From assembly GCA_963693365.1 (NCBI GenBank), contig CAVNZM010000009.1, positions 2,916,231 to 2,980,230 on the forward strand: DNA of 64,000 nucleotides. Direction: 5' to 3'. The DNA is from Amoebidium appalachense. Its lineage: Eukaryota; Protista; Ichthyosporea. A program made the position numbers and the translations under genes. Shown in pieces: positions 1 through 21,686 of the stretch (within the stretch, counting starts at the first letter, position 1; every line of letters begins with the position of its first letter). Under the pieces are notes generated by a model. It did not search any database. It was given only the letters and a program-made list of their open reading frames with translations, and had not been told where the DNA came from.

Positions 1-112
1 TTTTTTTTTTTTTTTTATATATATATATCCGGCGTGCACGTGTACCCCATTGCCTTTTGTCCTTTTTTCTAATAGTTCGACCTTTTTTTATTCTGGGGTT
101 TTTCTTTCACAG

Positions 113-267
113 GTGATCTATGGGACCGTGCATACTATTCAACCCTGTTTTTCCTGGTGGGATTTGTGCTGTACCGAGTCACCCTACACCTCGGCCCCCA
201 GATTGTCGACAAACCCCGATTGGCTGAAAACAGCGCAATCCCTGCAGAACTGAAGAAGCTCTACTGA
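113..267 (+). CDS. Terminal exon of a membrane protein whose gene starts upstream of the window; C-terminal KKxx ER-retrieval motif (possibly MBOAT-like acyltransferase)
   Basis: Pyrimidine tract + CAG acceptor at 110-112, then (G)DLWDRAYYSTLFFLVGFVLYRVTLHLGPQIVDKPRLAENSAIPAELKKLY-stop (TGA 265-267). Hydrophobic helix plus KKLY terminus. Family guess is weak. Confidence 0.6.
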
Positions 268-502
268 AATTTTCCAAAAATCATTGTGAGATTTACATAA
301 TCGAATGAATTTATGCCTTGGCACGAAGGGAGAAAACAACAACAAGAACTATGATTTTCTTGATTTCTTGAGGGTTTGGATAAACAATGAATTATTCACG
401 TAGGTAGGTGCGTTGCAGGTGTTTTAGGAAAAAAAGAATATGGCAATATTGAGTATGGAGTGCAAGTGCTTGATAATATATTAATACTAAATTGTATATT
501 GT

Positions 503-564
<62 letters not shown>

Positions 565-855
565 CGAAGTGAAATACTATATGCAAGAAAGAGATTTTGC
601 ATTTTTGCGCTTGTGTTTGAAAAATGCATGTAGGCAAACATACACACACACGGCACACACACGCATGCATACACAAATGCGCCATTTTCCTACTTTTTTT
701 TATGGTTTTATGAAAATATAATGTGGCGGTGTGATGCCCTAAAAACCGAACTCAACGTTTGTGTAGACTTCACTTTCTCTGTCGTGGACAGAGCACATGT
801 TAAAAAAAATAATAAAAGCCGCTTGGCTTGTGATAGACCTGTGCAGGATAACTGC

Positions 856-900
<45 letters not shown>

Positions 901-1045
901 AAAAAAAAAAAAACGCCGGGAGGGGAACTCTGACAGCAAGAAGTAGGGAGTTATATTGTTCGATTCTGGAGCAGATATTGTGATGTTTGTTGTCGGATTG
1001 TACCTGTACATGTGAGGTGGTGGTTTGTGGTGTGGGTGGGTGGAG

Positions 1046-1101
<56 letters not shown>

Positions 1102-1748
1102 CGGGGGGGAGAATGGTTCTTCATCGAGCAGACTATCATTTTTTTTGTAGGGTGGCTGTAATTCGATTAGCCAAATATAGATATTTGGGCGGGAAGTTTT
1201 GGTGCGCAAAAAAGAGGCTTTTTTTGAAATTTTATATAAAAAATGGTAGAAATATTGTGTCCTGGATGCAAACTGGCCTGGATGGTATGCATAGAATGCT
1301 TCGTTCGTAAGTGTAAGAGACAGATGATATGTATTGGGTATGCAGTTGGATAGTGTCTCCCAACCATGATATGATGTCGTCAGGAAAATTGCCTGCAATG
1401 GTGAAAAAGTTTCATCGCATTGCGTCATCAAATGTTCACACAAACAGTTAGGCGTGCAAACCATATCACCAGGGAGGGGGGGGGGGGGGGGGGGAGGTTA
1501 GGCGTGTGGTGGCAAGGTTAGGAAAGGATATTAGCCGGATCCGAGGGAAATTTACTTAAGTGAATACTATAGCCTACCTATGCAATGTATTCGTTGTCTT
1601 TGAAGAAGATCTGATAGATCTAAACCCTCTATGTGAGCTGCAGTAGATTGAAATAGGGCAAGGCACAGGGTTTTGGAAGGAGAAGAAGGAGGAGGGTGGT
1701 GTGTGTGTGGTTGTGTGTGGGGCGGGGCGGGGCGGGGCGGCGGGAAGA

Positions 1749-1779
<31 letters not shown>

Positions 1780-2269
1780 AGGGGGATCGAGGGGAGGGGA
1801 GGGGGGAGAGGGGAAGGATGAGAGGGTAGCTTTGGGGCCTGGACTTGTGGGTTGGGTTGTGTTCGAATGACTTGTTGCACTTTTCTTTTTCGGTAGCGGT
1901 GGCAATAGACTGTGATATGTTTTGACTCGTCGTCTCAATTTATTCATCTATGTTCCTAATTTTTGTGCACACAGTGCACCAATATCTTACACATTTACAC
2001 CTGTACAAAGGGATAGGGCTCGGAGCATCCGTGGATGCTTTTCATATTTTTTCATTCATTCACCTATCTTGTCTTTCCACTACCTTCTATTGGTACACTT
2101 AGAGAGAACGAATTCATACCTACTTTTGTTGCACACATTATCAGTCATCAGTTTCAGAAAATAGTGCACGAGTGGGTGCTTCAGTTAAAAGAAGCAGCGG
2201 CCCGACACGTTAAGGCTACAACTACATTTGCGTGGTCAATCGTTAGAGAAACGCTTTCACTCCACATCT

Positions 2270-2701
2270 TTACACCGAGATACCCTGCGCATGGACTTTG
2301 GAAGCGCTGACCGTTGGTGTAGCAAGAAAAGTGGCCTTAGCCACCCCGACCACAAATTCCACTGCCTGCACGTTCCCATTTCCACTTCCTGCACACTCAA
2401 CCATCTCGATTTCTTCCTCATCATCCTCGTACTCAATCACACGTTCATCATCGTCAACATCGGTACGTAGAGTGTAATCACGCAGGGAACTCGTGAATGG
2501 CTGCCTGATCTTGGGTTCGCTCTCCCTCCTCAGAATACCCACGTTCGGGGAAGAGGGGCGTGGAGGTGTCCCCTTTCTAACTCGTGCATTTTCGCCTGGT
2601 AGAGCGAAAATGTCCATCGTTGGTACCATGCGGAGCTCGGCTACGCGCGTGGGCTTGTTGGAAAGCTGACGGATAAGCCTGTTGGCAATGGGTTGACGCA
2701 T
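2270..2701 (-). CDS. Hypothetical intronless protein (~143 aa) with acidic tract
   Basis: High-complexity ORF MRQPIANRLIRQ...DVDDDERVIEYEDDEEEIEM...; TATA-like TATATAAA ~105 nt upstream on the minus strand. No recognised domain. Confidence 0.5.
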   Translation of the reverse strand: MRQPIANRLIRQLSNKPTRVAELRMVPTMDIFALPGENARVRKGTPPRPSSPNVGILRRESEPKIRQPFTSSLRDYTLRTDVDDDERVIEYEDDEEEIEMVECAGSGNGNVQAVEFVVGVAKATFLATPTVSASKVHAQGISV

Positions 2702-3646
2702 GTTTACGTTTAGTCCGTAAGGACATAAATGGGGTTTAGGTAAGTTTTGTTGGTGGTGGTGTTGTACGATACAACTTGAACGAGGCGAAAAGTTTGACAA
2801 TCCGGCTTTATATATCGGGAGGTGGCATTCCCGAGTGCTCCGCGGGGGATCTGCTTCTTCACTCGCGCACTCTTGATAAATAATGTGATTTTAAGCTTTT
2901 TAAAATGTTAAATTTCTTTTAATACCCCTGTTCGCAAATCAGCAATGCAAACTAATAATGGCGTTATCAGCCAGGATATTGTGATATTGCCGCAAGCAAA
3001 TGCGTATCAGCCTGCACTGAGGACGCAAAGCTTTCAAATGGTGTCAGCGGCATTGATCTTGGTTACGCTGGTTACGGTCGTTCGAAACAAATCTATTTGT
3101 TACAGCCTCCGATAAAGACGGAAAAATATCGTAACTATATCTTTTTGCTCTTTTTTTGCCCCCCGTAGGATCTACGAGTGGCCTTCATCAGTTCTCGGAT
3201 GTTCACACTGATGAGCACATGGAATGGCAGTGGAATGGATGCTGCGATTTGATGCCTATTTCTGATTGGTTTATGCGTCATCACATCCGTCACAACTGAC
3301 GTCACTTGGCAACTTGAAGTTGTGAGCTCATGGACATGTAAGCAATGCAAAGGTGCCGAAAGAAATAAGACGGAAAAAAAAAAAGCACGGCCAAAAAAAA
3401 GATATATGTTGCATATTTTATAGCTAATATTGTTGAAATATCGACCAATATGCGTACGAACTATTCAGTTCGTAGCGCGCGTCCTGGTACGTACGTGCAT
3501 GGTACACTAATATGTGAATACCCGCCATGGTGCATCTCGATCGACGTGCACTGCAGTACCGCAAAACCTATAGCAGACTGAAAAAAATTCCAGAACAAAT
3601 TCAGTTGTAACCACTTCCCTCATATTCATATAAATAAACAACAAGC

Positions 3647-3959
3647 CTAGCCCCCTGAGTCACACAAACACACCAGAGCTCCGATGAACTTCGTCGGGTG
3701 TCTTAGGGTGGTCGCGGTCCGCGGACTGGCGGCATTGGCCTCACCGTCGCATTCCACAGGGTGAAGATTTAGCCAATCAGAACTCCTACAATTTGAGCGA
3801 TTTCCTATTGGCTCTTCTTTTACCCAATCATATGTCTTTGCGGGAGATGCATAGCACCGCCCAGCAGGCGACACGTTGCGTGCACAGAGTTCGCTTCCAA
3901 CAACAGTGGGCGGTAACGGAGACCATACGTTTGACACAGCTATCTTGAAGGGTGGCTGG
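3647..3959 (-). CDS. Possible terminal exon, unknown protein
   Basis: Pyrimidine-rich acceptor (ttcttcctctcaacacag) followed by ~100 open codons ending in a stop. Upstream exons not identified. Confidence 0.25.
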
Positions 3960-4559
3960 CTGTGTTGAGAGGAAGAACATACACAAAGTTACGTTATGAC
4001 TTCACGCGCACATCCGCGATAGCAGAGTGAAGTAGGGTGGGTTGCTGGGGTGGATCTTTGTGCCTATGACAACCGGGACTGGCAGACACAATCGACTCCA
4101 CAGAAACCATGCATGATGCATCTTTGTGGCCGCGTGGCTGATATGACCAAGTGATCATATCAATATATATCATATGCTGGCTCCTCCAGGATGTGGCCCG
4201 GCCCCTGACATGAAGCCAACTTTAAAAGATTCAATGACATATGCACATGTACCTCAACATTCTGTCACGGCGTCGCAAGTCAACCACACCGGTGGATGAA
4301 TCAGATTCCAAATTGCATGCATGGGCAAGAATCATTGTCTGGCCGTGGTGTACGTATGCGTCACTGGGCACTCATATGCATAATTTGCAGCTGCAGACAT
4401 CGATATCTGATAATCTGTGTAGTTGTACATGTGTCACCCTACATACGGTGATGACTCACAGTGCAATACGCACCATGCACATCATGGGTGATGGTGCTAG
4501 TTGCAATTAGGGCCGCCAGGAAGGAGGAGGAGATCTTTCGGAGCCAACCGGTCGGCAAC

Positions 4560-4592
<33 letters not shown>

Positions 4593-4719
4593 CACACACA
4601 CACACACACCCCCACCCAAGGAGGAGGAGACCTTTCGGAACCAACCGGTCGGCAAACACCCCCCCCCCCCCCACCCTTACCCCCACCCCACCCCCCCAAA
4701 CAGTTCCCTCCTCCCTCCC

Positions 4720-4758
<39 letters not shown>

Positions 4759-4977
4759 CACACACACAAACACACAACCACCACCTGGTGTACCACCACC
4801 ACCACCACCACGATGGCCACGTGCCAGTCTGCAGCTGGCACACACACAACGCGTGTTCATTGATCATTGACAATCCGTTAGGGATTGAGGAGGAAAGGGG
4901 TGGATGGTGTCTCTGATGGATGGATGGATCATCGGGGTGGCTGGTGGCCGTGTGGTGGTGCTGGTGGTTGGTTGGTT

Positions 4978-5010
<33 letters not shown>

Positions 5011-5732
5011 GGGTACGAGTGGGGACGGGAAACGCGGATAGATAGAGAACAAACGGTGCAGCACACGTACATACTTAATACGCAATTTTTCTTTGAAATT
5101 CGTCACTTTCATTTTCATATTCTTGATTTATTATGTACATACGATTTCTGCGCAACATGGGGTGCTGGTAGTGAAAACTTGAGCCGAATCAATATCAATT
5201 ACTAGTACCGCCCGCGGTGGTTTCAAACGAGCGTACCATACAATACAACGGCGGTGTAATCACTGTACTGAAAATCAATACGGTACAGGCAAACGTGTGC
5301 AATCATGCATGGGTTTTCTGTTAACGCGTGCCATCGAGTGTGCCTACACGTGTACCCACTAGACTGTGTGTGTGTCGTGTGTGTAACTCGTGTGTCATGG
5401 CGTGTGTGTGTGCGTGGGCGTGTGTGTGTCGTGCATGTGTGTGTGACATCTTCTGTGTGTGTGTGTGTGTGTGTGTGTGTCGTGCATGTGTGTGTGGTGT
5501 GTGTTTGTGTGTGTGTGTGTGTGTGTGTCACGGTGTGCCATGTGTGTGTATGAGTGACTGTGTGTGTGTGTGTGGGACGTGCGCACATGCTCTGTAACAG
5601 CTGTGAGTGGAGTTTTTTTTTTGCAAACACCAATTTACAACCTCCTCCACCCTCCCCCCCCCCCCCCCCCCCCCCCGGGGGGCAAAAGCACTACGTATAC
5701 CGATAATTTGTGTGTGTGTGGTGTGTGTGTGT

Positions 5733-5796
<64 letters not shown>

Positions 5797-5927
5797 GGAT
5801 ATTTCGGTGAGAAGAAACGAACAAAACTAAATCTAAAAATCTCTCTTGACGGCCACATCAGACTTTCCAACGAAGCACTACTATCATCTGCCAAACAAAG
5901 AAAGTAAAGAGCTCGTACATTCCGTCC

Positions 5928-6202
5928 ACTTTTTTCTTTTTACATACTCAAAAATCACATCAGAATGATACAGAAAGTACACCCAAATCACACACACCAC
6001 CCTTCACCAGGGAGGCAAAAAAAAAAAAAAAAAAAAAAAAAAAACTTCACTACCACGGTGGCTCAGTACTTTTTTCTTTTTACATACTCAAAAATCACAT
6101 CAGAATGATACAGAAAGTACACCCAAATCACACACACCACCCTTCACCAGGGAGGCAAAAAAAAAAAAAAAAAAAAAAAAAAAACTTCACTACCACGGTG
6201 GC

Positions 6203-6207
<5 letters not shown>
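5928..6207. repeat. Perfect 140-bp tandem duplication covering the UBFD1 stop codon and 3' UTR
   Basis: 5928-6067 is identical to 6068-6207, including an A28 run in both copies. Confidence 0.95.
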
Positions 6208-16202
<9,995 letters not shown>

Positions 16203-16699
16203 CTTAATCCCTATTGGAAATGAATTAGTTCCTTTTAGATTCCCCACCAATTTGTCTACGAAGCCTGGTGGTGTTGCATTTAAACTGCCTTTTTTAACGA
16301 ATATTACAGCCACGGAAGGGAAAAGGTAACAGCACCGTGTCAATGTAATGTCAATGTAAAAGTAACAGCAGGATCCGTCCGCACAAAGAAACAAAAGGAA
16401 AGACAATGCTGGTGCTCCTATACGCCACGGGCAAAGTTTATACCTAGAGGCAACAGCCGCAGCGACAGGAGGGTGGGTGGGTGGGTTTGGGAGGGAAGGG
16501 GGGGGGGGGTGAGAGGAGCAAAAAGCCTACAGAAAGCGATGTCAATCGTTGGATGATGAGTGCAGCAGAGAGCAACCTTTGTCAGCAACCTAGGAAACAT
16601 AGGAGCAACCATCCCAAGAAAAGACAACTGAAGGGAAGAGCTTATAACAAACAACCAAAGAGGAGTGGCAGGGGGAAAGCTATGCATTGACGAGCAATA

Positions 16700-16960
16700 T
16701 CACAAGGGGACCTCGAGGCTATAGACAAAACGGAAGTTGAAACGTGTCCTTGGAAGAGGGTACCTGAACCGTGAAAACTGAGGAGGCAAAAAAAAAGAAA
16801 AAACGCAGCAGAGTGGACTCACCGAATAGTAGTGTCGATGCTCAACTTTGCTTGAGCCTTTCCTTCAGTCTTCTAAAGGGAAGGTAACAACATTAAACAA
16901 TGTTTCTGAGCTTCTAGAACTTCGCACCGTGGTAAAGCCTTGGTTCAAGTTCTTCACCAT
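16700..16960 (-). CDS. Putative spliced small ORF (48 aa) upstream of UBFD1 (uORF or microprotein)
   Basis: Exons 16928-16960, 16823-16872, 16700-16763 joined by 55- and 59-nt GT-AG introns with pyrimidine tracts give MVKNLNQGFTTKTEGKAQAKLSIDTTIRYPLPRTRFNFRFVYSLEVPL. Could equally be non-coding 5' UTR exons. Confidence 0.3.
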
Positions 16961-17850
16961 AGCCTATTTTTTCCCGGACAGCAGAGCTGTTCGAAAATTC
17001 AGATGATCGTCGGCGTAACAAGTATGACTCGCACACATCCAATAAGAACCCTTCAAGAAGTAACTACGGTTTTCAGATTAGCCTACGGTTTACTATTCGT
17101 TTTTGTAAAAAGGAAAGGTGTCACAGAATTGAAAGGTTGTGTCTGAGGCTCAGCCTCTCAGGGCCGAAATGAAAAGTTCAGGCTTGTCAAGACCTCCTTG
17201 AGAGAGCAGACAAAAGTGGCTCAAGCACAAAAACGTATGCCGCTTATTACTGGCCCAAAATTCATTTTAGGTTTTAAAGTCCATAAAAGCGACAAGCATC
17301 ACTCTTAATTCGTTTAGGTTTAGAGCGAGGTCACACATGCGATGAACCGAAAATTCCCTTGTTGTGCAACAGTATCCGGAGTCACGTTGTCGCAGAAAAT
17401 TCCTTCCGAGGTTGTTCTCCCTTCAAGGCTTTCTTTCTTTTCTTTCTTTCCCCTCCCATATTTTCTGTTTTCGTCCTAGCGCCACCGTTGATAAAGGTTG
17501 CGCACCGATTTATGCGTGCTTGTCGAAATTTGTTACACTTTATATATGAGCATTCAAGACCCTTATTTGTAGTGCATTTAGACTGGTCACTGATCCTTTT
17601 ACAGCTTCACGTCTCGTGAGGATGTCAGATGCAGTTGGTGCACAGAATATAAAAAACAAACCTAAGCTTGAGCATTTATTACTCTCATATAGCTATGCAG
17701 TGACAGTAACATACGTGTACATTTGCCCATGTCATGTTTCAAATCTCGTAGAGTGCTTCAGCCGTACTCAGCGAGCTTTTTTAGTATTACAACCTTGTGC
17801 TGCTACTGTGGGACAGCATGGCACATCACCTACTTACGGTTACTTGTCTC

Positions 17851-19491
17851 CTAGAATGTAGAATAAACCCTAACCATCGATTCAACACGTGCACGACAAA
17901 TAGGACAACACCTTTCACCCTTCTTGGTGATCAGTCCAGCACATCTTTGGCAAAGCGCCAAATGCCCACACGGCACAAGCACCGTATCGATAGGCTTATC
18001 GTAACACACTGTGCAATCACCCACTTGCGTTCTTAACGCATGTTGATTCTCTGCAATCACATATGAAGTTTCTCCTTCACGTTTCATCTTAGCACGAGCA
18101 GATTCTGAAGCACACACTTCTTCCTCGTCTTCTTCAGGGCATAATCTACAATCAGTTGGATAGGGCGAGTGCGGACAATGCCATGTGGTTGGGTCAGACT
18201 CCACAACGGTGCTCGTTGGCTTTGTTACTACCTTAACGCGTGCTGGCTCGTGAGTGGCTGGATGTTTGCTCTTCTTTTTATCCTTTTTGTTATTTGTGGA
18301 GGATGTGGCTGTTGCGAGGTCCGATGCTCTCTGCAAGGGAGGCAAATGTTTTGTGAGCCACAGGTACTGAAGTGGGAAAACAAACCAACCTTTAAAGACG
18401 TCAACAGTGAGATTCCCAAGAAGCCTAGGCCCAAAGTCTTCCGTAAAACAGGCTTTTCGTTTACAAGCTCAGTAATCTAAACGGAGATTCACACTCCCCT
18501 TCCTCCCCTCCCCCCCCCCCCCCCCCCCCACACACACACACCCTTCCCCCCCCCCCCCCCCCCCGTCCCCCCCCCCCTCCGGCGCCCCAAATTACCTTCT
18601 TTAAAACAGTAGGCTATTCGTTTACCAGTTGATCTACGTGCAGCTTCCTCACGAACGCAGGCCTTCCCCCCCCCCCCCCCCCCGGCCCCCTTCTCCCCCG
18701 CCTCCCCCTTCCCCCCCCCCCTCTCCCCCCCCCCTCCCCCCTTCCCTCCCCCCCCCCCGGGCACCTCACACACACACACATGCAGCCACGAAATACACCA
18801 CCTAAAGACTTGGGGGAAGGGGGAGGGGGGGGGGGGGGGGGGGGGGGCTAGAACAGGCTGTATTGCAGAAAGTTAGTCTTAAACTCACCTCATTGCACAC
18901 ATGGCAGTAGTGTTGGTGCCGTGTGCCGCTGGTAACAAACCCTTTCCCGTCAACATAGACCGAATATTTGTTCGCTTGGGGGCGGCTATCTGCGCAGATG
19001 CAACACACACCAGTATCCGTTGCGCATTTGTGTGCACAGCTCACTATTTTGGTGTAAGGTTTTGCCTCGGAGACAAAGACGGACGAAGAAGTTGTAACGT
19101 CGCAGCTGTCGAGCTTCACATCGACGTTGAGACCGGTGAAATTTAGCTGGATGTTGGAACCGTTAACGCGAATGCTGGGGATGAAGTCTCCTGATGCCTG
19201 ATCATGCTTCCCATCAGAAGGGCCATTATAAACGCAACCAGAAGGGTTCTTGCATCTTTGACAGAAATCAAACGCAGACAATTCCTCTTCTTTGTGTGCT
19301 TCGTCGAGATAAGTCAGGTAGCAGATGCAACAGATGCGTTCGTCACCAACCAAGTCACGCATCCGGTGGCATGTTGAAATCTCGTGTGTGCATTTTGGCT
19401 TGGGAGATTTATAAACGTTGCCCTCGCTATTGTGCTTGTGGTCGTGCTTTCCATCCTTATTTTTAACGAGTCTCTTGAAAAAACGAAGCAT
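17851..19491 (-). CDS. Putative E3 ubiquitin ligase: N-terminal Cys/His-rich repeats + C-terminal C3HC4 RING (IAP/LRSAM1-type), ~389 aa
   Basis: RING: CTVCYDKPIDTVLVPCGHLALCQRCA...CCPICRARVESMVRVY. Proposed exons 18889-19491 (donor GAG|gtgagt), 18390-18476, 17851-18330, all phase 0. Linking exon 1 to the RING exon is inferred. Confidence 0.75.
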
Positions 19492-20621
19492 TTTTGAATC
19501 TGTTTTTTGTTACTGCTTCAAGTTTAAACTTTTTCAAGCAGGCTTTCAACAGTCAAGAACATCCCGTGCATTTATAGTTGAGGTTGTCTTATCAGTCTTG
19601 CAGCGATCCGGTGAAATTCTAATGCAAAGCATTAGGGTCTAAAAGACTAATGAAATTCGACTATTCGAAGACAAGGATTTAAACTCTTTAGTTGCAGTTT
19701 TAAAAGGAACAAATCCGCCAAGTTCATGCACAGATCTTGATATTTACCTACGTAAGTTTTAAAGATATCCAATGAAATGCCTTCAACGTTAAATTCTGCA
19801 TTCCTAGCTTTTTCCCAGTCAGTGCTACGTCACCATGGTGGCCCCAATGACCGTTGGCCCACTGGACGGTCGGACTGCCGGCCGACCCCCGGCGGAGTGA
19901 AGTGAGTGAAATGACGACTCACATGTGCAGACTCTGGATCCCATAAAATAAGCGTAGCCGCAGGAGAAACTAATCTATATTAGTAACTCAAGGCTGTGTA
20001 TGTATGGATATATTTGCATGTTTAAACCAAAGCCATCACCCACCGCACGATATCTTCAAACACCCCCGTGCACGTGCGGGCCATCACGCCCACCGCACGA
20101 TATCTTCAAACACCCCAGTGCGCACGTGCGTGTGGCACCGTGCTGACGTCAAAACGTCATGATCTGCTCACGTGGGGGCCGGACAGTACACTGAGTACAT
20201 GTACACGGCCCGGGGAGTCTTGGATCGTGGAAACCTAATCAGTATATCACCTGTACATGTATTATGTAATATTAACATAGTTTGTAGAGTGCAATGCCCA
20301 TGCCATGAGAGTGTTCTGAGGCAAACACACACACTTGCACATACAGACACAAAAAAAGAGGAGAGAATTCGCGATCGGAGCTCGAGAGATCCAGGGGCCC
20401 CCCGCGGGCCGGCGGGAGGGGGGGGAGGGGGAGAGGAGAGAGAGAGAGAGAGAGAGAAAGAAAGAAAGAGCGAGAGAAAGAGAGATGGATGATTCAGAAG
20501 GAGAGCGCCGAAAGCTCTAATTAAAGAGAGAGAGTGCCTCGGGAGGGGGACGGACGGGGGGGGGGGGGGGAGGGGCCACACACACATACACACAGAGAGA
20601 GAGAGAGAGGAGAGAGAGCGA

Positions 20622-20670
<49 letters not shown>

Positions 20671-20723
20671 GGGGGGGGGGGGGGAGAGAGCATGCGTGTG
20701 TGTGTGTGCGTATGTGTGTGTAA

Positions 20724-21648
20724 TGTTGGAATATACAACCCCAATATCACCATATTATTCGTGTCTGTGATATATTTACTATGTAACCATCCAACAGCGG
20801 TGTACGCGTGTTTTCGTGTGATGGCTAGGTGATCGATCGTGTGATTCCTAGGATGAATTGTGATATCTAACCAAGGTTGGGCTGGGGTTGGCCAGCTTAA
20901 CCGTATTGTCCTTTGGCCAATCGTAACGGACAGTTTCTTAATCGTAACAGGGGGGGTTCTTGGGGATCTGCAAGCCCAGCTAAAAACGCCCCTCCAGTCA
21001 CAAAACTCCAAATACGCGTTTTTACGAATTAAGTATCGCAAAATTACAAGCCCTGGACACTTGTCGGGGTTCGATATTGCTCATGAGAAGCGCTGTAGTG
21101 TATGTTCTTGAACAGACATATTGAAAAAATTAGGTACAGTTAGATATTAGGGGGCGTTAAAGCGTTTATAATGCTATGCATCTGATACGAAAGCTGTTAC
21201 GACGGCACCCTAACCTTATTCGTATCGGGGTCTTTCGTTAATCGTAATTACGACGATTTTCTTTCGTAATCCCCCCCCTGTATCTAACTGCCATATGATT
21301 GGCTAGGAACGCACCATCCAGATCTAGGGATTACGTAGTCAACCCGGATGCCATCCTGGATGGCTGGTGACTGGATCACGGCGGAGCATATAAACTCGCA
21401 CATGTAACATAATAAAATTGGGAGTTATAACGATAATTGACTGTTGCAACAGACTCTCCGAGCACTGTGTGGACACTTGTGTGATACTTAGGTGATAGTG
21501 CATGCAGCCCGATTAAGTACACACTTAGTAGTACTAGTATATCGCACCCATATAGAGACTGATCACCTCCGTGTGTGTGTGCAACGACTATACACTCTAC
21601 TTGTGTTAGTGCAGACTCTGCTACGTGTGAGAAGGTAGTTTTCTCTCA
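20724..21648 (+). repeat. 5' LTR (~508 bp plus 417-bp insertion)
   Basis: Matches 26813-27338 apart from the insertion at 20872-21288 and a few small indels and substitutions. Confidence 0.95.
20872..21280. mobile_element. Non-autonomous hAT-like DNA transposon (MITE), 409 bp
   Basis: Absent from the 3' LTR; 8-bp TSD TATCTAAC (20864-20871, 21281-21288); imperfect termini CAAGG.../...CCCTG; repeated subterminal (A)TCGTAA/TTACGA motifs. An 8-bp TSD is characteristic of hAT. Confidence 0.8.
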
Positions 21649-21686
21649 GGTTCTGTGCCTTCGCAACGCTTTCCACTGCTTCGAAG

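Noticed and set aside
1236-1947. Possible three-exon minus-strand gene (MNKLRRR.../HIEGLDLSDLL.../NFPDDIISW...)
   Set aside because: Phases can be made to fit, but one donor is weak, no motif is recognisable, and the end overlaps a dispersed repeat.
2990-3130. Possible DNA-transposon remnant (agctttcaaatg...; similar word at ~5860)
   Set aside because: No TIR pair or TSD could be identified.
4525-4660. Short local duplications (also 20032-20118, 47885-47985, 49628-49720)
   Set aside because: 30-50 bp two-copy duplications with no associated feature; treated as background of the tandem-duplication process.
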